Part shown: one piece after another, positions 47,805 to 57,461 of the stretch
Layout: each line of letters opens with the position of its first letter
Position numbering within the stretch: the stretch's first letter is position 1
NCBI GenBank assembly: GCA_963771045.1
Contig: CAVYRW010000004.1
Coordinates: 1,760,001-1,824,000 of the forward strand
Reading direction: 5' to 3'
Length of the DNA stretch: 64,000 nt
DNA from: Waddliaceae bacterium
GTDB lineage: Bacteria > Chlamydiota > Chlamydiia > Chlamydiales > SLFE01
The notes under the pieces: generated by a model
The model's database searches: none
Told to the model about the DNA's origin: nothing
What the model saw: only the letters and a program-made list of their open reading frames with translations
Position numbers and translations under genes: made by a program

Positions 47805-48496
47805 TTGCCGAGTGGAGAGATTTTGCCTACCCCCTCGGTTTCATGGCCAATCTCTGTTTCTTTTTACGATTTATCTACCAGTGGGGAAACAGCGAACTCA
47901 AAAAAAAGAGCATCGTCGATCCAACCTTTTGGAAAATCTCGCTGTTTGGCAACACCATTATGGTCCTCCATACTATGATCCAGCTGCAACTCGGCGTCCT
48001 GCTGATCCAAACCGTAAACGGCATGATCTCCTGGCGCAATCTCAACCTGATGAAAGAGCCGAAAAAGCAGTGGACTTTTCGCTCGACTACCCTGATTTTC
48101 ATTGCGACGATAGCGTTGGCGGCGATATGTTTTCTCCTGCAATGCCGCTTCCAAGGAACATTTATCTTTGCGAGAACTCCTCAATTCCTCGGAAGGATGG
48201 CTGCCCACCCCCTTCCTCTTACCTGGCATATTTTTGGAATGGGCGGAGCTACTCTTTTTGCCAGCAGATTTTGGATTCAATGGTGGTGCTCGGAAAAACG
48301 GCAAAAAAGCACTCTTGGAAAATCCTTTTGGTGGATCAGCCTGATAGGCGCTGCCATATCGTCGGTTTATTTCATCATGATGGCCGATGTTGTCAATTTT
48401 ATCGGGCCTGCAATTGGCATGATTCCGTATATAAGAAATTTAATTTTAATCAAAAAACAACAAGTCTATGACATCGATCTTCTTGCTGGCGGCTGA
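47801..48496 (+). CDS. Membrane protein with two lipid A biosynthesis N-terminal (LAB_N) domains
   Basis: Repeated F..RF..QW..SE..KKS....FW.ISL.G motif. Confidence 0.85.
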   Translation: MIAEWRDFAYPLGFMANLCFFLRFIYQWGNSELKKKSIVDPTFWKISLFGNTIMVLHTMIQLQLGVLLIQTVNGMISWRNLNLMKEPKKQWTFRSTTLIFIATIALAAICFLLQCRFQGTFIFARTPQFLGRMAAHPLPLTWHIFGMGGATLFASRFWIQWWCSEKRQKSTLGKSFWWISLIGAAISSVYFIMMADVVNFIGPAIGMIPYIRNLILIKKQQVYDIDLLAGG

Positions 48497-49589
48497 AGCC
48501 AGCGCAGACCTAATGGGAAGCCGCCTCATCCCCGCTCTTAGAGACATTGATCCCTCGGCTGTTATCTGGGGCGTGGGGGGACCAAAAATGCGCAAAACAT
48601 TTTTCGAGTCCCTGATTCCCATGGAAGAGTTCCAGATGATGGGTTTCAAAGACTGCTTGACAAGACTGCCGACATTGATCCATCAGCTAAGAACCCTTCG
48701 CAACCAGATTCTCGACCGCAAACCAGGCATAGTCGTCCTGATCGACTACCCCGGATTTAACCTCCGTCTTGCTAAAAGCTTGAGAAAGCATGGCTACAAG
48801 GGAAAAATTGTCCAATACGTATCGCCGACGGTTTGGGTCTGGGGAAAAAAACGAATTGAAGTCATCGCCAATTACTATGACCAACTCCTGTGCATCCTTC
48901 CCTTTGAACCACCCCTTTATGCCCATACAAATCTCGACGTCCGCTATGTTGGCCACCCCATTGTCGAGGCCATCGACTGGTATCGAAAAAATCCGTACGC
49001 CCCTTCAAATAAAAAAATCCTGGCCCTTTTCCCCGGCAGCAGGCACGCGGAAATCCGCAATAATTTTTCCCTCCAGCTAAACGTCGCCAAAGGCCTGATC
49101 CCGAAATATTCCAATATGGAAGTCGCCGTATCGTGCTCCCAGCAGCAATACCGCCCTCTCATCGAACAAATGCTTGCGGACGAAAACATGGAAAACCACA
49201 CTTCGATTGTTGATGACAACTATGCGCTTATGGAAAGCTGCCATGCGGCGCTTGCCAAATCGGGAACCGTGACCCTGGAACTTGGCCTCTTCAACAAGCC
49301 CGCCGCTATCGTCTACCAGGTCGATAGGATCAACCGCTTTATTGCTAAACACATCGTCCGTCTCAACCTCTCCCATGTCGGCATTGTCAATATTCTGGCC
49401 AAAAGGACCGTTCAACCCGAATTCGTCCTTGAACCTTTCACTCTGGACCAACTCATTGAATCGGTGGACAATCTCATAAGCAATGAAAACACTCGCCGCA
49501 CATATCTGGAAGGCTGCCGTAAAGCGGCAGATATTCTCGGCCAAAAAAAAGCCAGCCTCGAAGCTGCCAGCGCGATTATGAATGGTTAG
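48468..49589 (+). CDS. lpxB: Lipid-A-disaccharide synthase
   Basis: AAEASAD.MG, GVGGPKM, IDYPGFN, YVSPTVWVW, VGHP, FPGSR, KSGTVTLE. Confidence 0.94.
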   Translation: MTSIFLLAAEASADLMGSRLIPALRDIDPSAVIWGVGGPKMRKTFFESLIPMEEFQMMGFKDCLTRLPTLIHQLRTLRNQILDRKPGIVVLIDYPGFNLRLAKSLRKHGYKGKIVQYVSPTVWVWGKKRIEVIANYYDQLLCILPFEPPLYAHTNLDVRYVGHPIVEAIDWYRKNPYAPSNKKILALFPGSRHAEIRNNFSLQLNVAKGLIPKYSNMEVAVSCSQQQYRPLIEQMLADENMENHTSIVDDNYALMESCHAALAKSGTVTLELGLFNKPAAIVYQVDRINRFIAKHIVRLNLSHVGIVNILAKRTVQPEFVLEPFTLDQLIESVDNLISNENTRRTYLEGCRKAADILGQKKASLEAASAIMNG

Positions 49590-49632
49590 ACAAGCTGACT
49601 CACAGTTACTTGTAGAAATTTGATATTTACTC

Positions 49633-49661
49633 TTGACGTAACACGTAACACCAGGTATCAT
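49633..49661 (+). promoter_or_regulatory. higBA promoter
   Basis: TTGACG, 17 nt spacer, TATCAT; tandem CGTAACA repeat across the -35/spacer; ATG starts 6 nt after the -10. Confidence 0.6.
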
Positions 49662-49667
49662 AATAAT

Positions 49668-49946
49668 ATGATTCGAACTTTTCGATGCAAGAAAACGCAA
49701 ATGGTCTACGAAGGAAGGAATGTTAATCAATGGAAATCGATCTCTAAGCAAATTGAAAAGAGATTACAAATTTTAGACAGTGCGACATCCTTAACTGACT
49801 TACAAAGCTTACCAAGTAATCTTTTTGAATCTCTTTAGGGGAAGAGAAAAGGTCAGTATGGCATAAGAATTAATATACAATGGAGAATCTGTTTTAAATG
49901 GATTGATAGTGAACCCCATGATGTTGAAAGCGTGGATTATCATTAA
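49668..49946 (+). pseudogene. higB: HigB/RelE toxin with an internal TAG
   Basis: MIRTFRCKKT...LPSNLFESL*GKRKGQYGIRINIQWRICFKW...VDYH; stop at 49836-49838. Confidence 0.88.
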
Positions 49947-49954
49947 AGAGGTTT

Positions 49955-50260
49955 ATGATGAATAACAAAATGCGTCCTATACATCCCGGAGAAATTTTGA
50001 AAGATGAGCTTAGAGAGCTTGGACTCTCAGCCAGAGCTTTTGCCAAAAAATTATCCGTTCCGGTCAATCGCATCACCTCGATTTTAAATAAAAAAAGATC
50101 CGTTACTGCCGATACTGCATTAAGGCTTTCCAGATATTTTGGAACAACGCCTGAATTTTGGCTCAATCTTCAAGTTTCTTATGATTTAAAGATTGTTCAA
50201 AGAAAGAAAGGCAAGAAAATTCTCAAGGAAGTCATTCCTTGCGATGAAGAAGCCGCTTAG
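49955..50260 (+). CDS. higA: HigA antitoxin (HTH)
   Basis: PIHPGEIL, VTADTALRLSRYFGTTPEFWLNLQ..YDL. Confidence 0.93.
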   Translation: MMNNKMRPIHPGEILKDELRELGLSARAFAKKLSVPVNRITSILNKKRSVTADTALRLSRYFGTTPEFWLNLQVSYDLKIVQRKKGKKILKEVIPCDEEAA

Positions 50261-50293
50261 CTCGTACTTTTCACACGATACACAAGGAAATTG

Positions 50294-50452
50294 TAAGCAT
50301 TCGGCGATCTACGTCCCTAGAGAACGAAGCGCGGACAACGGTATGCAAGGCGTCCGATACAGGCAACCCCTCCATGGGATTGCCGAAGCAGGCGGGCGCA
50401 GCAGACCGGAAGCCCCCGCAAGTTATCTAGGGATGTAGGTCGCCGAATATTT
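50294..50452. repeat. Palindromic repeat element, longest copy
   Basis: TAAGCATTCGGCGATCTACGTCCCTAGA ... TCTAGGGATGTAGGTCGCCGAATATTT; right end abuts the IS66. Confidence 0.8.
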
Positions 50453-50538
50453 GTAAGCGTCAATTAAACCCATCTTCTTTCTGATTTTCTTTCCGGTTAT
50501 TCTTTCCTCAAAACTCGATAAAGAAGGGGAGGAAAGAT

Positions 50539-50856
50539 ATGCACAATGAACTATCGGATACAGCTTTGGTTTGGAAAGATAGAATCCAAGATTGGCAGGC
50601 TAGCGGTAAGTCTTTAGCTCAGTGGAGCAGAGAAAATAATTTCGTCTATTCTCGCACCGTTTATTGGAAGGTGCGGTTCTTGGGATCTCAAAGCGAGAAA
50701 CATTCATCTCCGAAAGGATTCTTGGAATTAAAGGATGAGAGTCGACCCGATGCCGGAATCATTATCGAAACGGCTGCAGGCCGCATCCATCTTTCAACTA
50801 ACTTTGACCAATCTACGCTTGCTCGATGCCTGGAACTTTTAGGAAACCTATGCTGA
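50539..50856 (+). CDS. IS66 accessory protein TnpA
   Basis: W..RIQDWQASGKSLAQWSRE...YW; position within the IS. Confidence 0.8.
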   Translation: MHNELSDTALVWKDRIQDWQASGKSLAQWSRENNFVYSRTVYWKVRFLGSQSEKHSSPKGFLELKDESRPDAGIIIETAAGRIHLSTNFDQSTLARCLELLGNLC

Positions 50857-51185
50857 CAATCACAGGAAATGCTCGTATTTTTGTCTTCGGCGAGCCGGTT
50901 AACATGAGAAAGAGTTTCGAGGGTTTATGCGCTATCGTAGAGCAATCCTTGGAAGAGCCGACATCAGGTGCTTTCTTTGTTTTTCTCAATCGCCAGCGCA
51001 ATAAAATGAAAGTGCTCTACTGGGATAATGACGGTCTTGCGATCTGGTATAAGTGTCTTGAAAAAGGACGCTTTCCTCTTAAAGCTTCCGGAAAAATTGC
51101 CATGAACAGGAGGGATTTTTTCATGATGCTTGAAGGCATTATTCCCAAGCGGATCAGCACCCGATTTTTTCTCGAAAAAACTTAA
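50850..51185 (+). CDS. IS66 accessory protein TnpB (Orf2)
   Basis: PVNMRKSFEGL, FVFLNR.RNKMKVLYWD.DG..IWYK.LEKG.F. Confidence 0.9.
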   Translation: MLTITGNARIFVFGEPVNMRKSFEGLCAIVEQSLEEPTSGAFFVFLNRQRNKMKVLYWDNDGLAIWYKCLEKGRFPLKASGKIAMNRRDFFMMLEGIIPKRISTRFFLEKT

Positions 51186-51229
51186 ATATTTCCTTTTTTT
51201 AGAGAGTGTTTTTTGGTAAAATATGGACT

Positions 51230-52783
51230 ATGAAAGCGATACAAAACCCTTCTATAGAACAGCTTCAGAAAGAAAATTCAGAACTCAAAAATGAGATCAA
51301 TTACTTCAAAGAACAACTGGAATGGTTCAAACGCCAGATATTTGACAAACGCTCTGAAAAGATCATCCCCCAGAATGAAAATCAACTGGAATTCGATGGC
51401 TTCGGTAATCTTCAAGGAGAAGAAAAAGAAGAGAAAAAAACGGTTTCTTCCCATACAAGACGAAAGCTGAAAAGAAACGGAAAAGACAAAATCACTCTAC
51501 CCGAAGATATCCCAACGGAAGTTATTCCTGTCGACATTCCCGAAGAGGAGAAAGTATGCCCTGAAACAGGAAAACCTCTCGTAAAAATGGGGGAAGAGGT
51601 AACCTATAAGCTTGCTTGCAAGCCCACCAGCTATTACCTTAAAAAGTAAGTTCGTCCCAAGTACGTTTCTCCGGATCGTCCTGAGCATGGAGTTTCAATA
51701 GCGCCGCTTCCGGGTTCATTATTAGATCGTTGTTTTGCGGATGAAAGCCTGCTTGCAGACATTATGGTTAAGAAATACGCCGACCACTTGCCTCTATACC
51801 GCCAAAGTGAAATGCGTGCAAGGGAAGATGTTAGGATAAGCCGGCAAAACCTTTGCACATGGGTTGTAAAAGCGGGTCTCGCCTTAAAACCCTTGTATAC
51901 ATTAATGAAAACAAAAATTCTTGAAAGTGAAAATGCTTTTGCGGATGAAACTCCTGTCAAGATGCTGGCTCCCGGAAGAGGAAAAACTAAAGAGTCTTAT
52001 GTATGGGCGCTCGCTGGAGGAAAAACAAAAGATCCGCCTTATCGGATTTATCAATTTTTCGAAAACCGCAAGCATTGCAACGCGAAAGAACTTTTAAAAG
52101 GTTTCAAGGGGACTCTTCATTCCGATAAATATGGAGCTTATGAAACGCTGGCAAATATGAAGCAGTATACCTGGTGCCCCTGCATGGCGCACATTCGTCG
52201 TAAATTTTTCGATATCCAAAGCGGCGATAAAGAGTTTAAAGATTGGTTTTTAGCCCAAATTCAGGAGCTTTACAAGTATGAAAAAATCGCTTGGGGAAAA
52301 TCCCCCGAAGAACGATTAAAAATACGGCGGGAAGATGAGGAGCCGATCATCAGCGAAATGATCAAACAGGCGAAAAAAAAGCTTCAAGACCATAAAATTC
52401 TCCCAAAATCAAAACTAATGGCAGCGTTGAAGTATTTTTGCGGCCTTATTCCTCATCTTAAAAACTATATTAAAAATCCTTTTGCCCATCTTGATAACAA
52501 TGTTGCCGAACGAGCAATACGTCCCTTAGCAATCGGTCGTAAAAACTGGCTCTTTTTTGGAAGCGCTAATGGAGGGGAAGCAGCAGGAATCATATACTCC
52601 CTTATTCAAACATGCCGTGAACTTGGCATTAATCCCCACGAATATCTTGAAGATGTCATGCGCAGTTTAATGGATCACCCCGCAAACAAGCTGTACGAAC
52701 TTCTCCCCGATCGCTGGGCTAAGGCAAAGGGGCTCTCGATCTCTAAAGAATCTGGAATAATTTTTCCAGATGGGCTTAAATGA
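51230..52783 (+). pseudogene. IS66 transposase TnpC with an in-frame TAA
   Basis: ORFs 51206..51649 and 51764..52783 share a frame (KK*VRPKY); ADETPV, CMAHIRRKF, DNNVAERAIRP. Confidence 0.88.
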
Positions 52784-52862
52784 CGCTTACCATTATACGT
52801 GCTTATATTCAATTCCAAGGCGATAATTGTGGACGCAACGTGATAATGACAACTATTAAAAA

Positions 52863-53611
52863 CTAAGATGAAATGTGAGGGTGTAAAATAAACTGTGTAA
52901 ACACATTTACAGCCTCATCTGCTAGTTTGGGATTTCGATAGACCCACCGTTGTCCCGATACCTCTTTCACCTCTTTTTGAACGATCACTTCTTGTTTGTT
53001 CTTTTTGCTGCATTTTCGAGAATCATCGATGTGCTTAAATTTAGTTATAACTTTATCCCTATGGAATCTTCCCCTGTCTTCCCAGGTAACGTAAAATGAC
53101 TCGATTTCAGGATCCTTGGAAAGTTGTCTTTCAATTTCGCGCTTTCTTTCCTCTCCCTTACCTCTTTCCACTTTTTCTTCATTTTTATGCCCTCGGCAGA
53201 CATCCACTACTTTCCTTTCTTCAGGGATATACACCGTTTCCAAGACAAGCTCCCTAATATTTGTAAATTCAAAGGAGTCTGCCGCTTCTCGGCATGTCTC
53301 AAGTGTATAGCTCCCATTGCCTTCAGTATATTGATTATCTGATAGAAACTTCTCATTGCTATGAAAATTCGTATTAGCCGTATTGTCTTTGACCCCGTCG
53401 CTTTCTAAAAAGTCTACAAGCTCATTGTTGTCGATATTTCCCCAAGTTACTTGATATCATCTGAAGAAGTCTTACTAATTTGTGTGTAGGCATTTTTCGA
53501 TTCTTCCTTTCCAAAATTGACACCCATTTCACGATAATGATCTAATGAAGCAACTAAACCTGTAGAACTTGTTGTTGTACAAAGTAGAATTAATATTCTT
53601 ATCGTTTTCAT
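52863..53611 (-). pseudogene. Frameshifted and truncated secreted protein, possibly the 5' part of traN
   Basis: ATG at 53611 with a signal-like MKTIRILILLC; frame break near 53450; spaced Cys residues; downstream of traU. Confidence 0.4.
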
Positions 53612-53613
53612 AG

Positions 53614-55068
53614 TTAAAACAAACTGTCGATGTTGATCTGATTATCCACTGCTTCAAGATAATTAGCATTTTCCTTTGCGCCATAAGGAGTTATGAGAGT
53701 TGTGAATAATGCCTTCTTGGTTTTTGTTTTCTCAGCAAATAATACCTGCTTCCTAAGCAGCTCTTTTGCATATGTCTTTGTCACAGTGAAAGTTGAATTA
53801 TGAAATTTCATTTCACAAAGATTGATACACTGATCAGCTCGATCAATCACAAGATCAACTTCACTTTCTTTTTTCCCATTTTCGAATGATTTCCAGTGGC
53901 TTACCTCTGTCAAAACAGCGCTAATACCCAGAGCCTCTTTAATCTTGGAGACATGCTTAAAGCAAAGGCATTCAAAAGCGAATCCTGACCAACTTTTCCA
54001 TGAAGGATCAGTCTGCTTTTTTATCCAGTAATCCTTCTCTAATCCGTGAAGAATGATGCTTTTTACATCATCTATCCAATTGAGATAAAAGAGGCTATAT
54101 TCATCGATGAGGTAATAAAATGACTCTTTTATATTTTTCCCGGTTTGAGGGAATATCAAGATAAATCCGGATTCTTCAAGCTCTCGCAGAATTTCAGATG
54201 ACCATCCTCCGGTTTTTAAACCTGCTTTTTTGAGAAGTTCGTTTCTTGTCATTCCTTGTCTTTTTTTAGCTAAGGTTTTGACAATTTCAATGTGAACATG
54301 CGAATGATGAAATAATGAATGGAATAGCTTATGAAATTCAGTTAAGAGAGGTGATTGAGGAGTAAAACATAATTTGTGAATATTTTGCGCAGCGGACATT
54401 CCAGGTTCAACGTAAGAGAGATATTTTGGAATCCCTCCTGTAACCATGTAAATTTCGCATATTTGTTTATTTGTAAGATCTATATTGCGAGATTGGAAAT
54501 ATTCTTTAATCTCTGAAAGAGTAAAGGGATTTAACCTCAATTGAGCGCTTAGCCTTCCATACAGGCCGCCGGTATTATTGATGATATTACTAATCATCCA
54601 TGATGCGGCAGAACCAGACACAACCAATAACAAGTTATCCAACCTAGACCAATAGAGATTCCAATAATGGTCAAGGGCTTGCAAAAATCCTGATTTATCC
54701 GATGCCAGCCAAGGAAGCTCGTCAAAAAACAGGATAATTTTTTGACCAGAACTGATTTTTTCCAATTCATTCGTAAGGTTATCAAAAGCATCACTCCATG
54801 TCTTTGGCCGTTTAATCTGTTTTTCTTGTTTAAATAGTGCGCAATATTGCCTGTGGAAATTCTCAATTTGTTCATCTTCGGAAGCGTTATAGGATCCTGT
54901 GATCTCAAAAAATATTCCTTTATCTTTGAAATATTGAGTGATTAGAAAGGTTTTTCCAACCCTCCTTCTCCCATATATTGCTAAGAATTCTGCTTCTCTC
55001 GATTTGTAAAGCCGATCGAGAAGCTTCAATTCTTCCTTCCTCCCCACCAAACTTTTTTTCGTCATCAT
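53614..55068 (-). CDS. AAA-family ATPase with winged helix and C-terminal PD-(D/E)XK-like domain
   Basis: YGRRRVGKT, LFFDELPW, VSGSA, TGGIP.YL, G.AFE..C..H, EVDLVIDR...LCEMKF. Confidence 0.85.
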   Translation of the reverse strand: MMTKKSLVGRKEELKLLDRLYKSREAEFLAIYGRRRVGKTFLITQYFKDKGIFFEITGSYNASEDEQIENFHRQYCALFKQEKQIKRPKTWSDAFDNLTNELEKISSGQKIILFFDELPWLASDKSGFLQALDHYWNLYWSRLDNLLLVVSGSAASWMISNIINNTGGLYGRLSAQLRLNPFTLSEIKEYFQSRNIDLTNKQICEIYMVTGGIPKYLSYVEPGMSAAQNIHKLCFTPQSPLLTEFHKLFHSLFHHSHVHIEIVKTLAKKRQGMTRNELLKKAGLKTGGWSSEILRELEESGFILIFPQTGKNIKESFYYLIDEYSLFYLNWIDDVKSIILHGLEKDYWIKKQTDPSWKSWSGFAFECLCFKHVSKIKEALGISAVLTEVSHWKSFENGKKESEVDLVIDRADQCINLCEMKFHNSTFTVTKTYAKELLRKQVLFAEKTKTKKALFTTLITPYGAKENANYLEAVDNQINIDSLF

Positions 55069-55116
55069 ATTCCCCTTTTTCTTCTTTTATACAACAAAGA
55101 AAGAATAAGTTCAATA

Positions 55117-55200
55117 GATATGGCGTAGAAATTGGGATATTTACGCCATATCATGATTTATATTAGCATTTGTGGCGCATATAACTCTTATTTCACGCCA
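55117..55200. promoter_or_regulatory. Two TGGCG-N18-CGCCA inverted-repeat sites upstream of the ATPase
   Basis: 55121-55148 (extends to an 11-bp perfect IR, GATATGGCGTA) and 55173-55200. Confidence 0.55.
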
Positions 55201-55240
55201 TTAAATATTTTTATACCCCATTTTTTAGCCCTTAAACGAT

Positions 55241-55278
55241 AAAAACGTCTATACTTGGCCATAAGTATAGGCGTTTTT
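55241..55278. terminator. Hairpin downstream of traU (possible terminator)
   Basis: AAAAACGTCTATACT-n8-AGTATAGGCGTTTTT. Confidence 0.5.
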
Positions 55279-55294
55279 AACGGATTATGTGGCC

Positions 55295-56290
55295 TCATTC
55301 CCCTCCTCCGATTATTAATTCGGCTATTTCGACTGCATCTAAACAGCAGTGCTTTTTCTGCCATAGAATATAAACAAAATCCTCTCCCTCAAATGGGTAC
55401 GATTTGCACGACCCCCATAAGACATCTGTTTCCCCTAGAGCATGGCATCCATTGCTTGTATCGGCTACTGGGTGAGCTAGCTGGGTCTTGTAGAGGGTTT
55501 TCTTTATGATAGGCATATATGTGGCCTCGCAGAAATTGTCCTTCTCATAGCCGCGGATGAAGCCTGTTTTGTGCATTTTAGCGAGGCCTCTTTGGAGAAG
55601 GAGCTGGCTGGCCTGAATCCCCCCGACGTGACTGCCAACAAAGCCTGTAAAGGGATAAAGGGATCCGTGACAGCCTGCGCACCAGAAAAGGGCGTCTGTG
55701 GGCCTATAAAAGGTCGAGGAGGCGCAATCTGCGATGCAGGCGGCATGGGACAAGGGATTGGCAAAAAGGGCCACCTCGGGGTTTAGAATATTGGTCAGAC
55801 TGTCATCGTACCAGGTATAGTCGAGTTCGCTGAAGTATGAGAGGTCCCATGATCCCTTTTCTACGCAAGTGAAGTCGGTCAGGATGTCCAGGATGGCAAA
55901 AACGGGATAATCGTAGATATGGACGTGGGCAAAGCTTGATTTAGTGCCCGATTGGTGACTGCTGAGGCAGCCTCGATTTTTGATGCTTTCGGTTCCAATG
56001 GAAACCCCTCCGAGGCCTATGAGCTTGTAGGCATGATGAGTGACATCGATGAGTTTAGTCGGCTCCCAAAAAGTGATGGGGACACCGGGTCTGGGAGGAA
56101 CTCCGGGGCAGATGCAATAAATAGCATCGTAATCGGTGTAGTCTTTGTACTCAGGAGTTGTATTGACCGATGATACTGTAATGGGAAACATGCACTCCCA
56201 GCAGATATCCGTCAAAGGATTGACGACAGTCCCCTCTTCAGCAAAGAGGAGGCCAAAACCTGTTATTAAAAGAAAGAGTATTCGGACCAT
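55295..56290 (-). CDS. traU: F-type conjugation protein TraU
   Basis: NPLTDICWECMFPI, FWEP, Y.SELD..W, ACIADC, LFWCAGC.GSLYP.TG, GEDFVY.LW.K..CC. Confidence 0.93.
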   Translation of the reverse strand: MVRILFLLITGFGLLFAEEGTVVNPLTDICWECMFPITVSSVNTTPEYKDYTDYDAIYCICPGVPPRPGVPITFWEPTKLIDVTHHAYKLIGLGGVSIGTESIKNRGCLSSHQSGTKSSFAHVHIYDYPVFAILDILTDFTCVEKGSWDLSYFSELDYTWYDDSLTNILNPEVALFANPLSHAACIADCASSTFYRPTDALFWCAGCHGSLYPFTGFVGSHVGGIQASQLLLQRGLAKMHKTGFIRGYEKDNFCEATYMPIIKKTLYKTQLAHPVADTSNGCHALGETDVLWGSCKSYPFEGEDFVYILWQKKHCCLDAVEIAELIIGGGE

Positions 56291-56862
56291 CAGGCTCCCC
56301 TATTCAGTTTGTCTAGAAGGGATTTAGCGTTTTTCGTGTCTCCTTGCTTTTCGAATGTTTCAAGAGCATAGCGTATTGAGGTTGTTCCTGTCATTTTGTC
56401 AAAGCGGTTATCGTCAATGAGAATCGTTGTGGGGACCAAGTTTATTTGATACTTGGAAAAATCCGGTGGGTTAAGAACAATGGGGGCATGAACTCCCCTT
56501 TTCCTAAGAGAAGCGACTTTATTTGCGAATGATCTAAAGCTATTGTCTGGAAGCCCTCTGATAACAAAAGCGCCGCCGACTTTCTGAAGGCTTTCGGATA
56601 ATTCAACCCAAAGTCTGTCTGGAACGGAAAAGGACATGAATACTAAAAGACTTGGATCATCCTGACTAACTGGTGGAATATAGCAGGGTTTTTTGTAGTT
56701 TTCTTTCAGTATCTCATTGTTTCTTGCCTGAATTTCTGAATAGTCATATTGGGAATTTGCCTCGGCAACTTTTTGTTTTACAATCTTTTTGAACCAATCG
56801 GAGGATTCTTCAGCTGAAAGAATCCCCATGGATAGAAGAAATAGAAGTGCGGCAGTTTTCAT
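56290..56862 (-). CDS. trbC: F-type pilus assembly protein TrbC
   Basis: LLVFMSFSVP, FVIRGL, I.LNP..F.KY.I..VP. Confidence 0.85.
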   Translation of the reverse strand: MKTAALLFLLSMGILSAEESSDWFKKIVKQKVAEANSQYDYSEIQARNNEILKENYKKPCYIPPVSQDDPSLLVFMSFSVPDRLWVELSESLQKVGGAFVIRGLPDNSFRSFANKVASLRKRGVHAPIVLNPPDFSKYQINLVPTTILIDDNRFDKMTGTTSIRYALETFEKQGDTKNAKSLLDKLNRGA

Positions 56863-57461
56863 TCCCCTCCCCCGACTGGAATTTCTTCGATTTTTAGATA
56901 CTTACCCTCCTGAGAGACTCTGGCCGGGACATGAGAAATGTTTAGGTGTTTGCATAATACCCCGCCCTGGTCGAAATACATGGGATTTTCGAGCTTTTCC
57001 TCTAATTCCAGGGGATTACCTTTAATAAGGATCCATGCCCCGCGTTCATTGGAGGCCCACTCGATGTGAGACTGATTGGATCCGTCAATAAAAAGTAGAT
57101 TTTGGGAAAGTGAAGTGGCAAATAACGGATTATAGACAGTTCCTTTTTTGGCAATTATATTCCCCTCGTGATCTTTGATGTCCTGATTGACGGTTATCGT
57201 AGGGTCGAAATAGTGCGATTTATAACTCTCAGATTCCGTAATGCCATTTACAGAGGGAGGATGAGTGAGCCTATCTGAGTAGTGGTCTTGCAGTTTTTTT
57301 TGCAGAGATTTTTTTTGAGAATCAGAGAGGTTATCAACTCTATTTTTCAGAAAATCAATCAGGTCTTGCTCTGATATGGAAAAAGTATTTCCCCTTGTCC
57401 CGAAATCTTTTGCATAGGCTGAGTTGAAGAGAAGGAGTGCTATGATTATAAAACGGGCCAT
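56859..57461 (-). CDS. traW: F-type pilus assembly protein TraW
   Basis: KDFGTRGNTF.I.EQD, YFDPT, KGT.YNPL, YFDQGG.L...L.I..VPA.V.QEG. Confidence 0.92.
   Translation of the reverse strand: MARFIIIALLLFNSAYAKDFGTRGNTFSISEQDLIDFLKNRVDNLSDSQKKSLQKKLQDHYSDRLTHPPSVNGITESESYKSHYFDPTITVNQDIKDHEGNIIAKKGTVYNPLFATSLSQNLLFIDGSNQSHIEWASNERGAWILIKGNPLELEEKLENPMYFDQGGVLCKHLNISHVPARVSQEGKYLKIEEIPVGGGE

Larger units (their letters stand above)
50453..52790 (+). mobile_element. IS66-family element (tnpA-tnpB-tnpC), tnpC inactivated
   Basis: TIRs GTAAGCGTCAATTAAACCCATCT and (reverse complement) GTAAGCGTCATTTAAGCCCATCT; flanks are not duplicated. Confidence 0.92.

Noticed and set aside
47812..48471. 219-aa alternate-frame ORF over the LAB_N gene
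   Set aside because: Implausible composition; the LAB_N frame carries the conserved motifs.
50850..51185. RNA-guided TnpB nuclease
   Set aside because: This is the small IS66 Orf2 accessory protein, unrelated to IS200/IS605 TnpB; it has no RuvC motifs.
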